Assembly: GCF_000341895.1 (NCBI RefSeq)
Contig: NC_020409.1
Coordinates: forward strand, 120,001-152,000
Origin: Pseudodesulfovibrio piezophilus C1TLV30
GTDB taxonomy: Bacteria; Desulfobacterota; Desulfovibrionia; Desulfovibrionales; Desulfovibrionaceae
DNA: 32,000 nt
Direction: 5' to 3'
The notes beneath the pieces are model-generated. The model saw only the letters and a program-made list of their open reading frames with translations. It was not told the DNA's origin and ran no database searches. Positions 27,101-32,000 of this stretch are shown here, one piece after another (position 1 is the stretch's first letter; the number at the start of each line of letters is the position of its first letter). A program made the translations under genes and the position numbers.

Positions 27101-29457
27101 ATGCCACCCTCAAAGCTGGCGGCAACGTGGCCGTGTCCACGATGGAAACAACCTTCAAGCATCGTGCTTCCGGTTCGGATTTCAATACCCATACCGATTC
27201 GACCTTCAACCGCAAGAGCACCATCAAGACCGACGGCGCATTGACCGTCGAGGCCGGCCAGGACGTGGCCATCCACGGCAGTGAGATCGAATCCGGCGGT
27301 GACGCATCCATCAAGGCGGGCGGCAACGTCTCCGTGACTGCCGCCACTGACACGACCGATTTCTATGCCCACAACGAGGGCGGTGGAGGCGGTTTCTTCG
27401 GCGGCAAGAAATCCACCACCAGGGAGATGAAGCAACAGACTACCATCGCTTCGGTCATCGAGTCCGGCGGCTCGGTGGATGTCGAGGCCGGAACCTCGGG
27501 GCAAGGCGATCTGATCCATCAGGGTAGCCGCATCCAGGCCGCGCAGGACGTCACCCTCAAGGCCGAGGGGGAGATTCAGGTCACGCCCAATCAGGTTCAG
27601 AACTACTCGAAATTCCAGGAAGAGAAGTCCGGATTCATGGGTGCCAAGTCCATGGACCTGAGCGAACTGGACACCACCACGAATGACCGGGCGAAGATCA
27701 AGGCCGGGCAAAAAGTGGCGATAACGTCCAAGGATAACGTGATCATCCAATCCGCGCGCATCGAGTCCGGCGACACCATGACCATCGAGTCCGAGGAAGG
27801 CCAGGTCTCCATGCTGGTCAGCAAGGACAGGAAATATGAGCGCAAGCTCAAGACGGACATGGGCTTTCTCACGTGGTCGTCCAGCGACAAGGGGACGATA
27901 GACGAAACCGTTATCCACACGCTTATCGAGTCCGGCGGCGCGCTGACCATTACCACCCCCCAAGGCGTGGTGGTGGAGTTCAAGGAGTCCACGGGCGACG
28001 TTCGCAAGGACGCTGCTCTGCTCTCCAACGTGGAGGGCCTCGAATGGATGGGCGACCTTCTGGAGCGTGACGACGTTGACTGGCAGGCAGTCCAGGAAAT
28101 CCATGACCAGTGGTCGAAATCCGACGGCGGCCTCGGCGCTGGCGGGATGTTGATCATAGCTCTTGTGGCTTCGGCTGTGACAGCGGGAGCAGCGTCAAGC
28201 TTGGCGTTGGCCGCAACTGGGCTTGAATTCGCAATGGTCAATGGTGTCTCAACTTTGGTCGTTTCAGGTGCGGAGACGCTGACTGTAGCCAGTAGTATGC
28301 AAATGGCAATGTACACCGCCCTTACCGCAGGCATTGTGTCCATAGGGTCACAGGTTATTACAAGCGTTGCTGACGCTGCTGCTGGCGGTGATCTCGGTAG
28401 CAATCTCTCTGGCATTGCCTCTATCGACGGCTTGCGCTCGCTTGCCGCATCAATGATCATGGCCGGAACGCTCAGCACATATGCCAGCGATTTTGCCAAG
28501 ATGGGCTCTGCTGGTGAGGTTATGGCAAAAACCACGGTAAAAACCCTCACCAGTACAATCGTTGAGGGCGAAGGACTTGAGGAATCTTTCCGCACGGCCC
28601 TCGGTTCCACCTTTGCAAGCTATGCAAAAGGTGAAATAACCTCCGAGGAATTGAACGACACGGTCAACCTCATCCTCACGGGCGCAACCGGAGCGGCAGG
28701 CGCTGCCGTAGCAGGAGGAGACCCGGTACAGGGTGCCTTGAGCGCCATTGTCAGCGAACTTGCGGAGCAGATAAAGGCACCGGAGTTGAGTGAAAAGCAG
28801 ATAAAGGAAGATGGCCCAAAGGCAAGGCTTTCAAGTTGTTCATATGATGACGCTTGTTCAGGGTCAGATGGCTTCAAGCGATTGACAGACGCTGAAATTG
28901 TTCAAAAGGTCCCAGAATTGCCTGCTCTTTTGAGTGACAGCGATATAGGAATGACCACCCAAGTTTTTTTCAACGAGGAAACGAAAGAGTTGGTGGCAGT
29001 TTATCGAGGCTCAGATGAGATGAAGGACTTTACATCCACAAACCTCCCTCAGGCTTTCGGCACTGATCTTGGGCAGTATACCAAGCTAAATGAGCAACTC
29101 AATGCAATTAAAGCATTAGCGGACACTCTCCACGCAAAAACAATAACTGCTACTGGACACTCCCTTGGTGGTGGCATGGCAGTTGCTGCAGCTTCCACAA
29201 AATATGTTTCAAGTGCAGTAGTTTTTAATCCGGCTGGAGTCCATAAAGACACATACACCGCCATCGGAGGGGATGTGAACATAGTACAAAATAAGGTCAA
29301 ATCATATTCGAGTAGGGGCGATCTCTTGACGAATTTTCAAGACATGTTGAATTTCATGCTCCCCACTGCGGTAGGCGAAAGATATGTCATTGAAGGTGGT
29401 GGAGCTCATGGCATTGAAGCCATGTTGTCGGCCTTTGAAACACCAACCCAACCGTAA
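24133..29457 (+). CDS. tpsA: TpsA/CdiA-like filamentous-haemagglutinin-family exoprotein with a C-terminal lipase-like toxin domain
   Basis: 1774 aa with GGAG 7 nt before the ATG. It has a signal peptide and a TPS domain (PLVNIAAPQNGMSHN.F.DFNV, ILNEVTG, ANPNGISINGGGF). A long run of FHA-type repeats follows (G-x-I/V-x-A...L.I.A.G.I). Next comes an Ala/Gly/Ser-rich hydrophobic DUF637-like segment. The C-terminal alpha/beta-hydrolase domain carries GHSLGG. Confidence 0.9.
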   Translation: MLEFVKHLLIAFLIGLILCPPHMVHAAGITPDAAAPAANQATVDAAPNGVPLVNIAAPQNGMSHNMFTDFNVGAQGVILNNAVAPGVSQLGGALAPNANLGGTAASTILNEVTGNGRSSIQGYTEIFGQSANYILANPNGISINGGGFVNTPKATMTTGTPQFSGGAFQGLDVRGGDILVEGAGINANNIDAFEIVTRAAQINADIYAKQLNIITGQNRHNPVAGTTTALAPDGSAAPAVSIDSAALGGMYAGRIKLVGTEAGVGVNTTGIVQATENLEMTADGRIQIKGKISSAQNLTITSANGEVAVSGSVRAADTATLTGQTVTVAKLDSADTAIVSADKAVVNAGTLNNDHLIAGDSKTTVTATDVNNTGTIYSAGTALYRVGGTLHNNRGILLSKGDMVLEGSAAGQKMGTLQNDSGQIESLDGSLTFRATTFNNNNSRFVLTQGSSELAYSEGGYWYYGDEGDECYSLFTRYIGSPRFGVSNVAHQLTPAQFSAAGIDASRHVVTRDELLAAIAETDQKLAADANYLTSTQKTDLARARSVAASGRAYIITGMGSGVVYSATTTQDTATGQNLGSSIAAQGNILIEAGDAKNTVSKITTATGDITINANTFENVGMGIYERTTYKWGSGIFQNHNSPSVIPLGGGTEVALKATSYAYGTLDAGNRVIISSGAVANGVTERGGIINPPAPATQQQKVADVTTLTDGLPSNGLFKANTNPAQNYQIETNPALTNLDTFYGSDYALSRMGFDPNAEANKRLCDDYCETRLVREQMFELSGRRFLESGTTTDAEQFKALMDNAVQAHTDLSLSVGISLTADQVAALTSDIVWFESREVNGEQVLVPVVYLASASLEKIAQGGSVIVGKEVAINTTGDMANAGLIKADSQVTITADNFFNNKGTVSGRNVAVTATDSVRNTGGTIEGENVALKAGNDVVIAADTIQQSNADTTYTQRAKAGKVRAENSLSIEAGRDIGILGSDVEVGGDATLKAGGNVAVSTMETTFKHRASGSDFNTHTDSTFNRKSTIKTDGALTVEAGQDVAIHGSEIESGGDASIKAGGNVSVTAATDTTDFYAHNEGGGGGFFGGKKSTTREMKQQTTIASVIESGGSVDVEAGTSGQGDLIHQGSRIQAAQDVTLKAEGEIQVTPNQVQNYSKFQEEKSGFMGAKSMDLSELDTTTNDRAKIKAGQKVAITSKDNVIIQSARIESGDTMTIESEEGQVSMLVSKDRKYERKLKTDMGFLTWSSSDKGTIDETVIHTLIESGGALTITTPQGVVVEFKESTGDVRKDAALLSNVEGLEWMGDLLERDDVDWQAVQEIHDQWSKSDGGLGAGGMLIIALVASAVTAGAASSLALAATGLEFAMVNGVSTLVVSGAETLTVASSMQMAMYTALTAGIVSIGSQVITSVADAAAGGDLGSNLSGIASIDGLRSLAASMIMAGTLSTYASDFAKMGSAGEVMAKTTVKTLTSTIVEGEGLEESFRTALGSTFASYAKGEITSEELNDTVNLILTGATGAAGAAVAGGDPVQGALSAIVSELAEQIKAPELSEKQIKEDGPKARLSSCSYDDACSGSDGFKRLTDAEIVQKVPELPALLSDSDIGMTTQVFFNEETKELVAVYRGSDEMKDFTSTNLPQAFGTDLGQYTKLNEQLNAIKALADTLHAKTITATGHSLGGGMAVAAASTKYVSSAVVFNPAGVHKDTYTAIGGDVNIVQNKVKSYSSRGDLLTNFQDMLNFMLPTAVGERYVIEGGGAHGIEAMLSAFETPTQP

Positions 29458-29467
29458 ACCGAATATT

Positions 29468-30418
29468 ATGAACGTAATCATTAAAGTTACAATGTTATTG
29501 GTGTGCCTCTGCCTACTCAATGCATGTGAGGGCATGTTTGCTGTTACAAAGGTCGCGTTACAACAACTTCCCAAAAGAGAAATTCGAGTATCCGACGTAT
29601 TCCCTGAGGACCGCATGGCCCAGAAGTTGGCTACTGCCGCTTCCGAAGGCGATCTGGAAAGAGTGGATGAACTCATCGCAAATGGGGCGAACCCCAATGC
29701 AGTTGGGGAAAACGGAATCACTGTTATCGGATGGCTACTCTACCGTCCTAATAAAGCTGGACTCAAGTGTCTCTTTGAGCATGGCGCAGACCCTAATGCC
29801 ATTTGGGATAAATGGGACACGCAGCGAGGATGGGAGTGGGCATTCATTCATCTGGCAACAGAATTATCGCCAAAAATTGGTACTGATTACCTCCAACTGG
29901 CATTGGATGCAGGAGGAAATCCCAATTTGATGGTGAACAATTATTATGAATGGCCCATTTTGATTACTATAGAAAGAAAGTATCTAACTGCTTTTGCTGT
30001 ACTATATTCATCGGGCGCCAATCTGAACTACAATGGGCATTATTCTCAAACACCGTTGATGCGTTCAGTAACTATTGAAAATTTTGAATTATGTTATTTT
30101 CTGCTTAAGCATGGAGCAGACTATATGGCCGGTGCGCCATATGACTGGGCCAAAGAATTTGCAAAAGGGAATGACATCTCAGGCCCAATGTCAGCCATAT
30201 GGTCAAGCCTTCTCCATGATATCCTGAACCAAGAAGATTCAATCCACAACATGTGGTTTTGGCGTTGCATCGACTTTCTTGAAAAACAAGGAATGAATTT
30301 CGCCATTCCTGCGGATGTTGAAAAGTTTCGCCCTGCAGTCTTGGATACAAAGCCTACAGCTTATGAGCTTGAGATTGAAAGACAGAAAATGAAAAAGGGG
30401 AATGGCAATGAGTCGTAA
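29468..30418 (+). CDS. ankyrin-repeat lipoprotein (candidate immunity protein)
   Basis: ATG at 29468, 11 nt after the tpsA stop. The lipobox signal peptide is MNVIIKVTMLLVCLCLLNAC. ANK-like repeats include AASEGDLERVDELIANGANPNA, LFEHGADPNA, ALDAGGNPN and LLKHGADY. Confidence 0.8.
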   Translation: MNVIIKVTMLLVCLCLLNACEGMFAVTKVALQQLPKREIRVSDVFPEDRMAQKLATAASEGDLERVDELIANGANPNAVGENGITVIGWLLYRPNKAGLKCLFEHGADPNAIWDKWDTQRGWEWAFIHLATELSPKIGTDYLQLALDAGGNPNLMVNNYYEWPILITIERKYLTAFAVLYSSGANLNYNGHYSQTPLMRSVTIENFELCYFLLKHGADYMAGAPYDWAKEFAKGNDISGPMSAIWSSLLHDILNQEDSIHNMWFWRCIDFLEKQGMNFAIPADVEKFRPAVLDTKPTAYELEIERQKMKKGNGNES

Positions 30419-31037
30419 ATACTTAATTTTTATGCTCGCTTTGCTTGTTTTATCTGCAAATGCATCTGCGGTAGGAAGTACGGACCTCTCACAGGTGAAA
30501 ACCATTACTCAGACTATCAAACTCTACCAAGGCGTCCTTACTTTTCCACCGCCCATGTGGGTGAATGAAGTCAAAGACCTTGGCAACTCAAAATTCTTCC
30601 GGGACCAGCAACGCAATCTGTTTACCCTTGAACAAATCCCCAAAGACCAGGAATTTGATAGCTGGACGAACCTCTACGGTGTTTATGGTTTCTACCTACC
30701 GGAATACGACATGAAGCGATTCATCAACGAGTCATTGAATGCCCTTGCCCTTGGCTGCAAAGTGCAGACGAAGTCCAAGATCGTCAACGCAGAGAATGGC
30801 ATGATCATCATGACCTATATGTGCAAAGACCTCGTGGACCCGCTTGTTGTCAATGGCTACAACACGGAGAGCGGTTTTCTTTTCATGAGTCAGGTCGATC
30901 AATCCTTCGCCAAAGTCTACATGGCTTGGCGCTCAAAACAGGAATACATGAAGACCGACAAATGGCCCATGAACGCGGAAACCATGACCGAAGCCGTCGA
31001 ACGAATGGGAAAGATACGGTATTTCAAGGTAGACTAA
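30408..31037 (+). CDS. secreted protein of unknown function (last gene of the TPS operon)
   Basis: Signal peptide MSRKYLIFMLALLVLSANASA-VG. AAGGGG lies 7 nt upstream of ATG 30408 (alternative ATG at 30402). It overlaps the end of the ankyrin gene. No motif was recognised. Confidence 0.55.
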   Translation: MSRKYLIFMLALLVLSANASAVGSTDLSQVKTITQTIKLYQGVLTFPPPMWVNEVKDLGNSKFFRDQQRNLFTLEQIPKDQEFDSWTNLYGVYGFYLPEYDMKRFINESLNALALGCKVQTKSKIVNAENGMIIMTYMCKDLVDPLVVNGYNTESGFLFMSQVDQSFAKVYMAWRSKQEYMKTDKWPMNAETMTEAVERMGKIRYFKVD

Positions 31038-31104
31038 GCAAAATTAGAATCAGGGGATTTTCGGGGATACCTTACTAATTAAATTCCACAAATAGTGGAA
31101 AAGA

Positions 31105-31133
31105 GGCCCGGTTCACGCCGGGTCTTTCTCTTG
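31105..31133 (+). terminator. rho-independent terminator ending the TPS operon
   Basis: GGCCCGG-TTCACG-CCGGGTC forms a 7-bp stem with one G.U pair, followed by TTTCTCTT. Confidence 0.65.
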
Positions 31134-31302
31134 TCCTTTGACATAGCCTAACCATCACCACCTGTAACAGACAGAGAGGCGATGAATAAATCAACATCCT
31201 TATGATGACGGTGCTGTTCAATTAATTACAGCTATATTATTTACCTGAACATTCGGCGTTTTTGCGTTCAATACATCCTTACCCCCACTTCCGCTACGGA
31301 GT

Positions 31303-31311
31303 GGGGGGGGG
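31303..31311. repeat. homopolymeric G9 tract, part of a C5/G-tract hairpin
   Basis: CCCCCACT (31282-31289) pairs with AGTGGGGG (31300-31307). The G run extends to 31311 and is followed by CTT, as at the G8 site. Confidence 0.9.
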
Positions 31312-31334
31312 CTTATTCCAAAGGAGGAAATTCG

Positions 31335-31934
31335 ATGAATGATAGTCGAAACGAACTGCAAACTCTCCAACCAACCGAGCACGATGCCGGTGAGATATTT
31401 AACGGCAAGAACTCTAACCGCACGGTTCGCGGATTTGCGATTCCGTGTTCATTCACTCCGGACCTCAACCCTGAATATTTGTTCCATGACTCCAGCCGCG
31501 ACGCCGTGGTCTGGTTCATGGATTCGTCTGATCCACTGTACGTATTCGGGCCTGCCGGTTCGGGCAAAACTAGTCTCATCAAGCAACTCGCGGCTAAGCT
31601 GAATTACCCGGTGTTCGACATCACCGGCCATGGGCGATTGGAGTTTCCTGATATGGTCGACCATCTGACCTTGGAAGATTCCAACATGTCTTTTCAGTAC
31701 GGACCGCTTGCGCTGGCCATGAAGTTCGGCGGTCTTTTTCTCCTAAATGAAATCGACCTTCTCAAGCCGGCGACTGCTGCCGGGCTGAACGGTATCCTGG
31801 ACGGTGATCCGCTGTGCATCCTGGAGAACGGCGGCGAGGTCATCAAGCCGCATCCGTTGTTTCGGTTCGTGGCCACGGCCAACACCAACGGCGGGGCTGA
31901 TGAGACCGACCTTTACCAGGGGGCACAGCGGTAA
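31335..31934 (+). CDS. CobS/MoxR-like AAA+ (AAA_5) ATPase, interrupted by an in-frame TAA; homology continues to the window end
   Basis: AAGGAGG lies 7 nt before the ATG. Walker A is GPAGSGKTS and Walker B is LFLLNEID, followed by FRFVATANT. After TAA (31932-31934) the same frame reads NLAFMDRFWLCEIGYPSPKVE, which matches the conserved ..DRF....YP...E block of this family. Confidence 0.8.
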   Translation: MNDSRNELQTLQPTEHDAGEIFNGKNSNRTVRGFAIPCSFTPDLNPEYLFHDSSRDAVVWFMDSSDPLYVFGPAGSGKTSLIKQLAAKLNYPVFDITGHGRLEFPDMVDHLTLEDSNMSFQYGPLALAMKFGGLFLLNEIDLLKPATAAGLNGILDGDPLCILENGGEVIKPHPLFRFVATANTNGGADETDLYQGAQR

Positions 31935-32000
31935 AATCTGGCGTTTATGGATCGTTTCTGGCTTTGTGAAATCGGCTACCCAAGTCCCAAGGTAGAGCGG

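Noticed and set aside
24556-28610. Very long minus-strand ORFs inside tpsA (24556-25623, 25648-26559, 26668-28104, 27603-28610), plus assorted plus-strand off-frame ORFs.
   Set aside because: They are antisense or off-frame to a 1774-aa ORF with clear TPS/FHA homology. They are Arg/Gly/Ala/Pro-rich, as expected for spurious frames in ~65% GC DNA.
1-32000. CRISPR arrays, rRNA genes and tandem repeat arrays.
   Set aside because: No regularly spaced direct repeats or rRNA-like sequence were seen. The repetition in tpsA is degenerate, protein-level FHA repeats.

Overview
The window has two parts. Positions 1-19.3 kb are a roughly 45-50% GC housekeeping backbone that looks like a sulfate-reducer (Desulfovibrionales-like; this is a guess). 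It encodes an ABC-F ATPase, MutT, MetF, Asd, a class IV aminotransferase, a GT2-like protein, and a SulP-STAS-cNMP anion transporter with N-terminal zinc ribbons. It also encodes RfbD/RfbB, TrmL, and a tungsten/molybdopterin module: MobB, TupCBA, a ModE-like HTH protein, a ThiF/MoeB-like E1, a MoaD/ThiS-like carrier and aldehyde:ferredoxin oxidoreductase. From about 19.6 kb to the window end lies a genomic island. It begins at a displaced 3' fragment of tRNA-Val that still has its terminator. Next come decayed mobile-element genes: a P4-type integrase, an IS5-family remnant inserted into a second small tyrosine recombinase, and an AT-rich spacer. A roughly 62-67% GC two-partner-secretion (TPS/CDI-like) locus follows, and a leader that resembles a GEMM-I cyclic-dinucleotide riboswitch precedes it. 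The 1774-aa TpsA ends in a low-GC class-3-lipase-like toxin domain. An ankyrin-repeat lipoprotein (candidate immunity) and a secreted protein of unknown function follow it. A CobS/MoxR-like AAA+ gene runs off the window end. Six in-frame nonsense codons interrupt island genes, including the signal-peptide region of tpsB. No CRISPR array, rRNA gene or intact tRNA gene was found.
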